From the NCBI RefSeq assembly GCF_009914755.1, contig NC_060947.1: a stretch of 64,000 nt of DNA. One strand, 5' to 3'. Under the pieces are notes generated by a model. It saw nothing but the letters and a program-made list of their open reading frames with translations, ran no database searches and had not been told where the DNA came from. Of this stretch, positions 49,388 through 64,000 are shown one piece after another. Positions within the stretch are counted from its first letter, which is position 1. Every line of letters begins with the position of its first letter. The stretch is from the human T2T-CHM13v2.0 reference genome, Homo sapiens. A program made the translations under genes and the position numbers.

Positions 49388-50255
49388 TGCAAAGACCAGT
49401 GAGAAAAAAATGACAAGTTTTCTGTGCTGTAGGATGGAACAGGATATTGTTGAAGCCTCCTGGAATGTTTGAGTCAAGGGAATTGCTTTCCAGATGCTAA
49501 GAAGCAGCAGTGGGGCTTTTGAATTTTATGATTATCTGGCAGTGAAAGCTGGGCTTTTGCCTTAATAATTTTTTAAAGTATGAATTGTTTTGTTTTGTTT
49601 TCCTCAATTGAGGAAGCTGATGTTATTAATTCACAGGCTAAATTCGGTAAACACCACTGCCCCTACCACGGGTAATGAGAGGTCACTCACTTGAACTTTG
49701 CCATTCCAGGCATTCTCAGAGTGGCGAGGGGCCACCTGCAAGTGGAGCACAACTTGGTGCTCTTACTGTGTCCTTCAGAAAGAATAGGTGTACAGAAAGG
49801 AAATGGCAATCTTATGTGTGCTGAACAAAGTTTTCAACAATTCCTAGTTGTGCCTTTTAAACCATGCAATATTCAGGATAGTTTGAATCAAAGAAGTAAG
49901 AAGCTGCTATTTGGGTAACTTATTTCTCTGTGGGAAGGGGCAGGGAGAGTCACCAAACAATCTACCTCCAACTCTCTTCTCTTTTGTCTAGAGACATTAC
50001 AAAGTGCACTTGAGGCTGCCCCCAACCTCTGACATTTGTTCTTGCATGTGATGATAGAAAGTCTTCAGATGGACTTATACATTCTGTGCTTTGGAAGCAC
50101 AAGAAGAACAAAATATGTGTATATTTCCTTTAATGTTTATACAAAAGTTTATATGGAGCAGTATTGTTATGTTTGTATGAATTTGCAAAAATTAAAGTGT
50201 ACAAAGAGATTTTGATTTTGCATATATAAAATAAATCATTTTATTGATTTTCACA
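49388..50255 (+). other. INTS6L: INTS6L 3' UTR (end approximate)
   Basis: About 0.87 kb of AT-rich sequence with no obvious repeats between the stop codon and the poly(A) signals. Confidence 0.75.
50191..50235 (+). terminator. Polyadenylation signals ATTAAA (50191-50196) and AATAAA (50230-50235)
   Basis: Hexamers preceded by TGTA elements and followed by T/GT-rich sequence. Confidence 0.75.
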
Positions 50256-50639
50256 AGTTCATTAATGCTGGATAAATTTCTACTTATATGTTTCTTGTGA
50301 TTTGTTACTCCTTTCAGAAAAAGAGTGTATGCTGTTAAACAAGTTAAGATGTTAACATAAGGATTTAAACTTCAAAACATCACTCACAGAATTGAGTGAC
50401 GCTAGTGAAAAATCACAGAGTAGAGTACCCACGGACTAGTCACTTTCAAGAAACTTGGAAAACACTGGGGGAAAAAAAAACCTGTCAGAATCAAGTTTTA
50501 TTGGAACTCTAGAATATAGTAAAAGGTTTACAGCAACCAAGCCAATCCTGAATTAGGAGAGAAGTCATTGAAACATGGTAGGGGAGCTTTGTGGCATTTC
50601 AACTCACCCTTGGAATGGCTGAGTAAGAAAGAAATTTGA

Positions 50640-53260
<2,621 letters not shown>

Positions 53261-54150
53261 CAATAGCAGCTTTGATCAGGCAAAAGAAACAATCAGTGAA
53301 CTTGAAGATAAGTTGATTGAAATTATCCAGTCTGAGGAGTAGAAAGAAAGGAGAATTAAGAAGAATGAACGTAACTTAAGAGACTTATGGGACATCATCA
53401 AGTGTAACAACATATACACAATAGGATACCCAGAAGGAGAGGAGGGAAAGTAGCATAAAGAATATTTAAAGAAACATTGGCCCCAAACTCCCAAATTTAA
53501 TAACAGACATGAATCTACACATGCAACAAGCTCAAGGAATTCTAAGGGAGATAAACTCAAACAGATCCACACTGAAAAGCATTATGTCAAACTGTTCAAA
53601 GACAAAGAGAATCTTGAAAGCACTGAGAGAGAAATTACCTGTCAAAAAAGATCCTTACTAAGATTAACAACCAATTTCTCATTAGAAGCAATGAAAGCCA
53701 GAAAGCCATGTAATTACATGTTTAAAGTGTTACCAGGAGAAAAAAAAACTGTCAATCAAGAATTCTATATCTGGCCAAACTAACCTTCACAAATGAAGGA
53801 GAAATTAAGACATTCTCAGATAAACAAAACTTGAAGGAGTTTGCCACTAGCAGCGTTTTCCTACAAGAAATGGTAAAGAGTTCTTCAGGGTGAAATGAAA
53901 GGACACAAGACAGTACTTAGAAGCCTTAGGAAGAAACATAAAGTACCAGTCTCAAGATAACCATATAGGTTACTTTTAGGTTTTAAGTTAGGGCTGGGGG
54001 GGTGGGGACGGGATAATGTGGAGTTAATGCTGAATGGTTACAGAGTCTCTGTTTAGGTGATGATAAAGTTTAGAAATAGGTAGTGGTAATGATTGCATAA
54101 CATTGTGGATGTAATTAAAGCCACTGAATTGAAAAAAATAAATTTAAAAA

Positions 54151-54283
54151 GGCCAGGTGTAGTGGCTCACATCTATCATCCCAGCACTGTGGGAGACCAA
54201 GGCAGGAGGACCACTTGAGGCCATGAGTTTGAGACAGCCTGGGCAATGCGGTGAGACCCCATCTTTATTGAAAAATAATAATA
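54151..54283 (+). mobile_element. Alu left monomer (FLAM-like)
   Basis: Single about 130-bp monomer followed by an A-rich tail. Confidence 0.85.
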
Positions 54284-54591
54284 GCCCCTGCAGCCACTGC
54301 CACCACTGCCCTGGTGGCTCTCGCCCTTCAGCCTGCTGGTGCCCCCGGCACCCCAGGACCCCTGGCTGCTGCCTGCCTTCCCTCTGCCCCTGCCACCCCC
54401 ACCACTGCATTTCTTCCTGTCACCACTCTTCTGACGCGGCCCTCCCAGGGTGAGTGGCCTGAGCTCAGGTAACCATGCGGAAGTCCTATCTCAATGGGGT
54501 CTTCTACAGAAGCTCAGGAATCTTATCAGGAAGCCAACCTTGACCTTGGGTGACCTCTTGAGAGCTTGGGACCCACCACCAAGAAGGGCAG

Positions 54592-55052
54592 TGTATCAGT
54601 TTCTTGTGACTGCAGTAACAAATTTACACACACTGAATGGCTTTAAACAACAGAAATTTATTCTCTCACAGTTCTAGAGGCCAGAAGTTAAAAATCAAGG
54701 TCTGGGCAGGGCCATGTTCCCTTCACAAGTGCTAGTGGGAGGCACCTTCCAGCTTCTCTCAGCTCCTGGCAGCTCCAGGCCTTCCATGACTTGTGGCCGC
54801 ATCTCTCCAATCTCTGCCTCCATCTTCACATCTTCTCCTTATGCCTGTCTCAAATCTCCCTCTGTTTTTATCTTGTTAGAGATTGGACTGTCATTGGATA
54901 TAGGGCCCACCTGAAATCTAGGTTAATCTCATTTTGGGATCCTTAATTTAATTACATTTGCAAAGACCCTTTTATCAAGTAAGGTCACATTTACAGATTA
55001 CAGGGCTTAGGGATGGGGGTGTCATTTTGCATGCCCCCATCCAATCCATACA
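54592..55052. mobile_element. MLT1B/C-like MaLR solo LTR
   Basis: TG...CA termini with 5-bp TSD GGCAG (54587-54591 and 55053-55057); ggctttaaacaacagaaatttattctctcacagttctagaggccagaag. Confidence 0.88.
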
Positions 55053-56776
55053 GGCAGTGTCCTCTCCCTTGTGGGACTGGCCTACCTCCTCGGCTGTCTT
55101 CCCAGAATTTAATGTCTTTTAGGTCCTGTCTCTTGCTGACCTGGAGCCCTGGGTTCCCCAGTGCAGGAACTGATGGCACTAAGTACCTTGATAAAGCCCT
55201 TACTGCCACCGAAAGAAAACAGAGTGACCATCTTTCCCCTTCTCTGAGTTAAGGCCAAGTGCCTCTTCCTGTTGGCTTGCTCCTCCGCCAACCCTTTATG
55301 TTGTGCAGCCCTCCTCTCTCAGCTAAGAAACAGGAAGGACTCTTAAAGACAGCATTAACCAAGGGGAACCCCATTTTCAAAGCTTGGGAGCAATAACTGC
55401 TGCTGGTTGAAACTGACAATTATCACTGATAATAAATTTAATTTTACCCCCACAAAAATAATAATAATTTTTTAAAGCCACTGAACTGTATATGTCAAAT
55501 TGGTTAAAATAACAAATTTTATGTTATACATATATTACCATAATTTTAAAAAATTAATAATGTAATATAACAGCCATCTAATTATACACTTTAAATGGAT
55601 GAATTGCATGGTGTAAAATAAAGCTCTCAGTAAAGCTGTTTGTTAAACATTGACAGAATGATTTACAAAAGTGATCCAACTCTACGTTGTGTATAAGAGA
55701 TTCACCTTAAAGACAAATTGACAAATAGGTTAAAAGTGAAAGGATGAAAACAGATATTCCATGCAAATTGTAACCAAAAGTGAGATGGATATCTATTACT
55801 AATATCAGACAAAATAGACTTGAAACCAAAAATTGTTACAAGAGACCAAAAAGGACCTTATATATTGATAAATTGGCCAACCCATCAAAAAGTTGTAAAA
55901 ATTATAAATATATGCACCAGTCAAGACAGCCCCAAAATAAGTGAAGCAAAAACGGACATATTGAAGGGAAAATATACAGTTCTACAATAATAGTTGGAGA
56001 CTTCAATAATGGATAGAAGTACTAGTCAGAAGAAGGATGAGTAAATAGAAGACTTGAACACTATAAACTGATTAGGTCTAACAGACATAAATAGAACACT
56101 TGTCCCAACAACACCAGACTATACACTATTGTCAAATGCACATGGAACAGTCTCCATGATGGAAGGTATGTTAAGCTACAGAACAAGTTTGCATAAAATT
56201 AAAAAGATTGAAATCACACAAAGTATATCCTCCAACCAAAATGGAATGGAACTAAACATCAATAACAGAAGGAAAATTGGAAAATGTATAAATATGTGGA
56301 AATAAAACAACACACTCTTAAATAACTAATGGATTAAAGAAAAAGTCAAAACAGATGCCTATAGAACACTCCACCAACCATAGCAGATCACACATTCTTC
56401 TAAAGTGCTCATGGAGTGTTCTCCAAGATCAACCATATATTAGGCCACAAAACAAATGACAATAAGTTTAAAAAGACTAAGTCATACAAAGTATCTTCTT
56501 AGAGCATAATGGAGTCAAACCAGAAACTAATAACAGAAGTTGGACCCTTACCTCACAACACATACAAAAATTAACTCAAAATGGATCAACATCAAAATAA
56601 AAGAACTACAACCATAAAACTCTTAAAAGGGAACTTTGGAGTAAAGGTTCATGACCTTGGATTTGGCAATGACTTCTTAGATATGACACCAAAGCAAAAG
56701 CAAAAAAAAATAGATAATTTGATTTTATCAAAGTTAAAAACTGTGTATCAAAAAACTGTATCAAGAGCGTGAAAAT

Positions 56777-57079
56777 GGCCAGGCACGGTGGCTCATGCCT
56801 GTAATCCCAACACTTTGGGAGGCAGAGGCAAGCGGATCACCTGAAGTCAGGAGTTCAAGACCAGCCTGGCCAATATGGTGAAACCTCGACTCCACTAAAA
56901 ATACAAAAATTAGCCGGGTGTGGTGGCACACACTTGTAATCCCAGCTACTTGGGGGACTGAGACAGTATAATCGCTTCAACCCAGGAGATGGAGGATGCA
57001 GTGAGCCAAGATTGCGCCACTGCACTCCAACCTGGGCAATAGAGTGAGGCTCTGTCTAAAAACAAAACAAAACAAAACA
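56777..57079 (+). mobile_element. Alu (AluS-like)
   Basis: TSD aagag(c/t)gtgaaaa. Confidence 0.95.
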
Positions 57080-57540
57080 AAAGAGTGTGAAAAGACAACC
57101 ACAGCATGGGAGAAAATACTTGCAAAACATACATCTGATAAGGGTCTAGTATCCATAATATAAAAAGAACTCTCAACAACAAAAAGATGAATAATGGGCA
57201 GAGGAGTTGAGTAGACTTTTCTCCAGTGAAGACATACAACTGACCAACAAGTACATGAAAAGATGTTCAACATCATTAATTACTAGAGATACACAATCAA
57301 AATCACAATAAAAACCACAATTCATACCTACTAGGATGGCCATAATTTTTAAAATGAAAAACGACAAGCATTGTTGGAGATGTGGAGAAATTGAAACCTT
57401 CATACACTGCTGTTCAGAAAGTGAAAAGGTACAGCCATTGTGGAAAACATTTCTTCCAAATGGTAAACATTGGACTGTCATTTGACTGAGCAATTCCATT
57501 CCTATGAATGTACTCAAAAGAACTGAAAAAAAGGTGTTCA

Positions 57541-58260
57541 TCTGCATGTTCTCATTTGTAACTGGGAGCTGAACAATGAGAACACATGGACACATGGGGC
57601 AAACAACATACACTGGGGCCTTTTGCGGGGCGGGCAGAGGGAGAGCATTAAGAAGAATAGCTAATGGATGCTGTAGGTGATGGGTTGATCTATGCAGGAA
57701 ATGACATGACATACATTTACCTATGTAACGAACCTGCACACCCTGCACTTGTAAACATGGAACTCAAAACAAAAGTTAATGAAAAAAAATAGGTGTTGAC
57801 TATTCACAATAGCAAAGACATGGAATGTACTAAATGCCCATCAATGATAGACTGCATAAAGAAAATGTGGTACATATACATCACAGAATACTATGCACCC
57901 ATAGAAAAGAATAAAATCATGTCCTTTGCAGAAACATGGATGGAGCTGAAGGCCATTATCCTTAGCAAACTAATGCGGGAACAGAAAACCAAATACTGAG
58001 TGTTCTGACTTATAAATGGGAGCTAAATGATGAGAAAACATGGACACAAGATGGGGAACAACAGACACTGGGGCCTATCAGAAGGTGGAAGATGGGAGGA
58101 GGGAGAGGAGCAGAAAAAATAACTATTGAGTACTAGGCTTAGCACCTAGGTGATGAAATAGTCTGTACAACAAATCTCCATTGCATGAGTTTACCTATAT
58201 AACAAACCTGTACATGTACCCCTAAACCTAAAACAAAAGTTTAAAATAGGAAGAAAATAG
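57541..58260 (+). mobile_element. Two tandem L1PA/PB 3'-end insertions (about 57541-57790 and 57800-58260)
   Basis: Two separate L1P 3' UTRs (gaacacatggacac...aacctgcaca/aacctgtaca...) each ending in an A-rich tail. Confidence 0.82.
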
Positions 58261-59139
58261 AATGGGTGTTCAAACAAAAACTTGCATGCATTTGTTCATA
58301 GCAGCACTATTCACAACAACCAAAAGGTGGAAACAGCCCAAATGTCCATTAATGGGTAAATAAAAAATCAGAATGTGATATATACATGCAATGGAGTAAT
58401 AATCATCATAAAAGAGAAGTACTAATACATGCTACAACATGGATGAACATTGGAAACATTATGCTAAGTGAAAGAAGACAGAAGAGCATATACCATGATT
58501 GATTCAATTTATATGAAATATCAAGAATTGGGAAATCTACAGAGACAGAAAGTAGATTACTGGTTGCAAGGGGCCAGGGAGAGGGGAAAATGGGTAGTGA
58601 CTGCTAATGGATACAGAGTTTCCTTTTGGGATAGTGATGAAAAATTTCTAGAACTAGATAGTTGTGTGATGGTTGCAGAACATTGTGAATGTACTTAATG
58701 CCATTGAATTATACACTTTAAAATTGTGAAACTGATAAAGTTTATTTTGTGTGTATTTTATAACAACAATAAAGCTCTCCAGAGCAGCCCAGCTGCCATC
58801 TGGATATCACTGAGTGGTGCCAGGTGATTCCATGTTAAGCAGAATGATTGCCCATCCCAGCCCTGCTCAAATTCCTGAATAGAAAAATCATGAAATGTAA
58901 TCATGTTTTTATAAGAAACAGCTTACCATCAATAATGGTATTTGTGTTTATACTTGGTTCAAAAATGTTTTGAATGGGACAAGGAAATTATAAAAGAATT
59001 CTAAAAGGTGCCTATCTACAATACATCAGCACAGGGAAAACTACCAAACTTTAGAAGCAAGTGGTATAACGAGGCTTAATAAGGGTTTAGTCATTTTCCT
59101 GCCTACAGCAATCAAAGTTCAACTAAAGAAGCAGAAAAA

Positions 59140-59535
59140 GGCTAGGCAGGGCGGCTCATGCCTATAATCCCAGCACTTTGGGAGATAGAGGCAGGAGGAT
59201 TGCTTGAGGCCAGGAGTTTGAGACCGGCATGGGCAACATAACAAGACCTCGTGTGTACTAAAAATAAATTAGTCGGGCATGATGGCAGGTGCCTGTAGTT
59301 CCAGCTAATCAGGAGGCTGAGGTGGGAGGGTCTCTTGAGCCCAGGAGGTCAAGGCTGCAGTGAGACTATGCACCAATGCACTCCAGCCTGGAAAACACAG
59401 CAAGACCCTAAATCAAAAAGAAAAAAGAAAAGAAAAGAAAGAAAGAAAGTAAAGGAAGGAAGGAAGGAAGGAAGGAAGGAAGGAAGGAAGGAAGGAAGGA
59501 AGGCAGGCAGAAAGGAAGAAAGAAAGAAGGAAGCA
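59140..59535 (+). mobile_element. Alu (AluJ-like) with (GAAA)n/(GGAA)n microsatellite tail
   Basis: Alu body at 59140-59412; purine tract to about 59535; degenerate TSD agcagaaaaa. Confidence 0.93.
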
Positions 59536-59649
59536 GCAGCAGAAAAAGTATGTGATATGTAAGTTTGTTGTTGCTGCTGCTGTTACAAAAAAAATCGCCT
59601 TATGTAGTTACGGAATGTGGTTACCAAGTCTCTATACGAAGAAAGAACA

Positions 59650-61505
59650 GGCTATTAATAAAATCCACAAACATGATCTGAAAGCCCATAAGGACAGACA
59701 AATATGTCTCCATTCTTCTTGCCTCTGACCTTATTCTTGTTGCCTCTGACCTCGGTGACGAGGGTATTCTGTATAATCCAGGACCCTGCCTAAAGGAGCT
59801 AAACTCAAAGACCTTATCCTAAAGATAGAGAAACTGAAGGAGAATCCAGTGGAAGGTAGAAGAATTGCAGGCACAGCTGCTGCTTCATGCCAAAAGGTGA
59901 ATCAGCAGGTCAGCAACAATGGGTATGAGCTACAAAATCAATGCTGTTTCTCCTCGGCCACATTCTCCAATCTTCAAAGTATCTCCCTGTCGTACAATCT
60001 AACTGGAAACACACAGGAAAGGGAATTGTCTGTAATGAATTCACCTAGCCAAGCTGACACATTACAAGGTGTACCTCTTGTCATTTTGGTACCCATGCAC
60101 ATCTCCTTAAGCCATATCTATCGCTAAATAAACACAGTAGCAAAGTTATTTTTCTGCCTAACATGAGAAAGTTTTCCTGCTTACAAATAACATATTAACA
60201 CTTTTCCTAAAGAGGATACAAAGTCTAGTTTTTGTCTCTAGATATTGCACATTTTTCTTCAACCTGATTCACACTCTACCCTTAATATCCTATATCTCAA
60301 ATACTGAAAATAAAGTTAAATCTTGGTTAATACATTTTAGATTATTAGCTAAGGGGACGAGAACCAAAAATATTTGCTTCATATGTATGTAAACATCCAT
60401 ATCAAGATAAGGAAGTAATACTCATAGTTATTACAGTCCTTGTTTCTGCATATGGCCATGTGGTCACTCCTTCCACTACCCATTTCATACTCCCTTTGTC
60501 CTCAGCAAGCATCTTCCCTGGTGACAGACCTTTTCCTGATGGGGTGACTCAAACTTGAATTCCTGAGGTTCACGGTTCAAGGCCATTAGCAGTCCTGATT
60601 GAATTAAGTTGTATTAGTTTCCATTGGCTTTCATCACTGGATACAGGAGTACTAAGAGGTGCTCTATAGGAGCTTCTGCATTTCAGACATATCTCTCATT
60701 ACTCCCATTTTCATTAAGGGTCCCTGAATCAATCAAATCCCAGACTTGACTTGGTTAAAGACCCAAAAAAGTTTAAGGGTCCCTGAATCAATCAAATCCC
60801 AGACTTGACTTGGTTAAAGACCCAAAAAAGTTTATGCATGAAGGGGGGGCTTCTTGAAGAAGGACCCTTCATATGCTGAAATGGTATATACTATTACTTG
60901 TTCTCCTGTTCTTACCCAAAGGAGACTGAAGCCCTTTACTAGGGTGATGGTGCATTGGAAAAGGGAAATAATCAGATTTCTCCATGATTACAGGACACCA
61001 GCTCTACTGGCACTAATTTCCTAGAGAAATAAATGTCATTCTTGAACTTTCAAGAAACATTTGGCTTACTACTGGGCTTTAGTAGAGGCTGAACCCCTGG
61101 CTATGGGACATAATATTACCATGCCAGCTGAGCTGCCTATCCTAACCAGGGTGTTTTCTGACCCCCCAAATCATAGTGATGTGTAGGTACAGAAGCACCC
61201 CATTATCAAATTGAAGGGATACATAAAGATCACACTCAGGTCCTGGAGCGATAAGTACTTTGCAAGAGAAAGTGGCCCAAAACTCATGGCTTCAACTCTT
61301 GCTATATTTAGCTTCTCTCTCTTTCTTTGGAAGAATTCTGAGATGGTCCCCATGATCTTTACCCTCTGGTGTTAGTCTCATGATTACATTACAGGAAAAA
61401 GATAATTTTGCAGATGTAATTAAGCTCACTAGTCACTTGATCTTACGATAAGGAGATTCTCCAAGTGGGTCTGACTTACACACATGAGCCCTTTAAAAGC
61501 AGAGC
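59650..61505. mobile_element. ERVL-MaLR (MLT-type) LTR and internal fragments, probably in mixed orientations
   Basis: MaLR-internal motifs (gtgcattggaaaagggaaataatcaga; tactgggctttagtagaggctgaac) and an MLT1E-like LTR start (ttttgcagatgtaattaag). Confidence 0.6.
60714..60834. repeat. Perfect 59-bp tandem duplication
   Basis: ttaagggtccctgaatcaatc...acccaaaaaagt at 60714-60772 and 60773-60831. Confidence 0.95.
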
Positions 61506-62362
61506 ATTCAGTATCATTGATCATTAGAGAAATGCAAATTGCAAATCGAAACCACAATGAGATATCATCTCACAACAGTCAAAATGGCTATTATTAAAAA
61601 GTCAGGAAATAACAGATGCTGGTGAGGTTGTGGAGAATAGCAAACACTTAATACACAGTTAGTGGGAGCGTAAATTATTAGGTTGGTGCAAAAGTAATTG
61701 CAGTTTTGCCATTACGTTTAATGGCAAAAATAGCAATTACTTTTGCACCAACCTAATAGTTCAACCACTGTGGAAAGCAGCATAGTGATTCCTCAAAGAG
61801 CTGAAAGCAGAACTAACATTTGACCCAGCAATGCCATTACTGTGTATATACCCTGAGGAATATAAATCATTCTAACATAAAGACATATGCACGCAAATGT
61901 TCACTGCAACACTATTCACAATAGCAAAGACATGCAATCAACCTAAGTGATCATCAATGGCAGACTGAATAAAGAAAATGTGGTACATATATATCATGGA
62001 ATACTATGCAGCCATAAAAAAGAATGAGATCATGTCCTTTGCAGGGACATGGATGAAGCTGAATGCCGTTATCCTTAGCAAACTAACACAGGAACAGAAA
62101 ACCAAATACTGCATGTTCTCACTCATAAGTGGGAGCTAAATGATGAGAACACATGGACACAAATATGGGAGCAACAGACACTGGAACCTACCTGGGGATG
62201 GAGGGTGAGAGGAGGAAAGTATCAGGAAAAATAACTAATGGGTACTAGGCTTAACACCTGGGTGATGAAATAATCTGTACAACAAACTCCTGTGACACAA
62301 GTTTACCCAGGTAACAAACCTGTACTTGTACCCTTGAACTTAAAATAAAAGTTAAAAAAAAA
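61505..62362 (+). mobile_element. L1PA/PB 3' portion with poly-A tail
   Basis: gaaatgcaaat...accacaatgagatatcatctcaca...cttaaaataaaagttaaaaaaaaaa. Confidence 0.9.
61678..61756. mobile_element. MADE1 (Hsmar1-derived MITE)
   Basis: 79-bp palindrome ttaggttggtgcaaaagtaattgc...gcaattacttttgcaccaacctaa with TA duplication, inserted in the L1. Confidence 0.95.
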
Positions 62363-62979
62363 AGTCTGGCATTCATCCAATCAAATTCCCTCACTTTTAT
62401 GATGAGGAAGTATGAATTGCCCAGGTCTTTTGAGTGGTCAAGGGCAGGACCAGAGCTAAATGTGAGCTCATGTGAAGCTCAGCATTTTTTACCACATACT
62501 ACCTTCTACATGTTCGTGTATCCTGTGATTTTAATGCAAATAGCAATGTGTTTGGATTAAAATATCAAACATCAAAAAAAGAAAGAAAGATGAGGAAGTT
62601 ATATTGATATCAGATAAAGGACCAATAAAATGCATTATTTGAGCATAAATAGTCCCTACGTAATGGTCAAAATTTGTTTCTCCAGAAACATTTAACAATT
62701 GTATAGTTGTATGCAGGTAATAAAACAGTCTCGAAAATATATAAAGCAATAAGTAGAACTATTGAGGGAAACTGAAAAATCCACCATTATTGTAGAAGAT
62801 TTTAAATGTAATTATCTCAGTTATTGTTAAGTTGAACAGAAAAAAATAATAAACACATAAATGTGAACAATACAATAAGCAAAGTTAACTTGTGGCCATT
62901 TACAGAAACCTGTACCCAATAATTGGAATATAAACTATTCTCAAGCATACACACACACACACAGCTGTGATGAGCACGT

Positions 62980-63735
62980 GAGGAAGAGTCCCCTGCAGGG
63001 CTGAGATATAGCATCCAAGGAATGGTCCTCCCCTATCCGAGGTGGGAAACAGAGCATCCAAGGAAGCTCCTTCACTTCATGGCCGACATAGAGAAACAAA
63101 GGAAGGCATCCCCTAACATAATTATGATGAGAACCCAGGGAAGAGCCTTCCAACTGCAGTTATGAAACAACCAAGGAAAAGTCTCCTTCCCAAGGGCTGA
63201 GATACAGCCCCTTAGAGTCACCCATCTGGACTGAGATAGAGCATTATGGAAAATCCTTTCCAGGGCTAAGATACAGCACCTCAGAAACAGCCCCATCCAA
63301 AAGGGATGTGACAGAGCCCACAAGGAAGCATTCACCTAGGGTTGAGGTAGGGCACCCAGGGAAGCTAAGAGCTTTCTCCCAGGATTAAGTTAAAACCCAG
63401 AGGAAGATTCATCACCCCCATGCTGAGACAGAGGAACCCATGAAAGTCCTCTGCAGGGCTTGAAGAGAGCATATGAGGAAACACTCACAACACCACCACC
63501 ACAACCAAGGGTTGAAGTCCACATATCGGGTAAGCCCAGCTGTTACTCAGTGTATGCCAGAGAACTTGTTGGGCTGCCACATTGGCAGAACTCATTGGAG
63601 ATCTACCTTTGGGAATTTGAGGTTAGTATACAGGAAAGAATCCCTTTAACCCAGAGCTAAGATAGATTAACTTCCAAAAAGTTTATCCTGAAATACTGCT
63701 GAGATACAGTGCCTTGGAAAGAGCTCCCCACTACA
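62980..63735. repeat. Degenerate tandem array of 35-45 bp units
   Basis: Recurring gggctgagata(c/t)agca...aggaa variants. Confidence 0.65.
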
Positions 63736-63833
63736 GATCTTAAATGGAATACTCAAATAACCTCCCCCAACCCCCCAATGTTGAATGAAATTCTATCCTA
63801 TTCATCTTAGCACCAATGTTGATATTCTGACCT

Positions 63834-64000
63834 TGCTGGGCGTGGTTGCTCACGCCTATAATGTCAGCACTTTGGAAGGTCGTGGAGGGTGGATTGCTTG
63901 AGCCCGAGTTTGAGACCAGCCTGGGCAACATAGTGAGACCCCATCTCTACAAAAAATAGGTATGGTGGTGCATGCCTGTGGTCCCAGCTACTCGGGAGGC
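63834..64000 (+). mobile_element. Alu (AluJ-like), truncated by window end
   Basis: Alu left arm and start of right arm. Confidence 0.93.

Larger units (their letters stand above)
53262..58775 (+). mobile_element. Fragmented old L1M (L1MB-like) pieces: ORF1 at 53262-53950, ORF2 endonuclease region at 55650-56540, 3' end to about 58775; interrupted by several younger inserts
   Basis: ISELEDKLIEIIQSEE (ORF1), acaataatagttggagacttcaat (EN domain), ggacccttacctcaca and an L1MB-type 3' UTR. Confidence 0.85.

Noticed and set aside
54223-54453. Cys/His/Pro-rich ORF resembling a metal-binding peptide
   Set aside because: It starts inside an Alu monomer, and its composition is what CpG decay of GCC-rich sequence produces (TGC/CAC); not credible as a gene.
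56075-56540. Apparent duplication of an L1 endonuclease segment
   Set aside because: The two copies are strongly diverged, consistent with adjacent fragments of different old L1s rather than a meaningful duplication.
62980-63735. Repeat-spacer appearance reminiscent of a CRISPR array
   Set aside because: The repeats are highly degenerate with irregular period, the DNA is mammalian, and there are no cas genes.

Overview
This is primate (almost certainly human) genomic DNA, not prokaryotic. The + strand carries 16 coding exons (exons 3-18 by analogy to INTS6) of INTS6L/DDX26B, the X-linked Integrator subunit 6 paralog. They join through GT-AG introns into one open frame of 2508 nt (835 aa plus stop), from 13189 to TAG at 49385-49387, with a poly(A) signal at 50230. 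Exons 1-2 lie upstream of the window. About 0.7 kb past the poly(A) signal, on the - strand, is a near full-length processed ETS2 pseudogene (about 50929-53260). It contains a 75-bp L1 insertion and a templated-insertion scar, and it sits inside an older fragmented L1. Most of the rest is interspersed repeats: Alus, L1, L2, MIR, MLT/MaLR, a near full-length Tigger1, MER33, MADE1 and an ancient CR1/L3 reverse transcriptase fossil. The least explained items are an orphan 1.2-1.35 kb polyadenylated, TSD-flanked insert of unknown parent (about 54132-55471), a degenerate 35-45 bp tandem array (about 62980-63735) and a candidate 34-nt poison exon. I found no evidence of a wholly new biological system. 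All homology and subfamily calls come from recalled sequences, not from searches.
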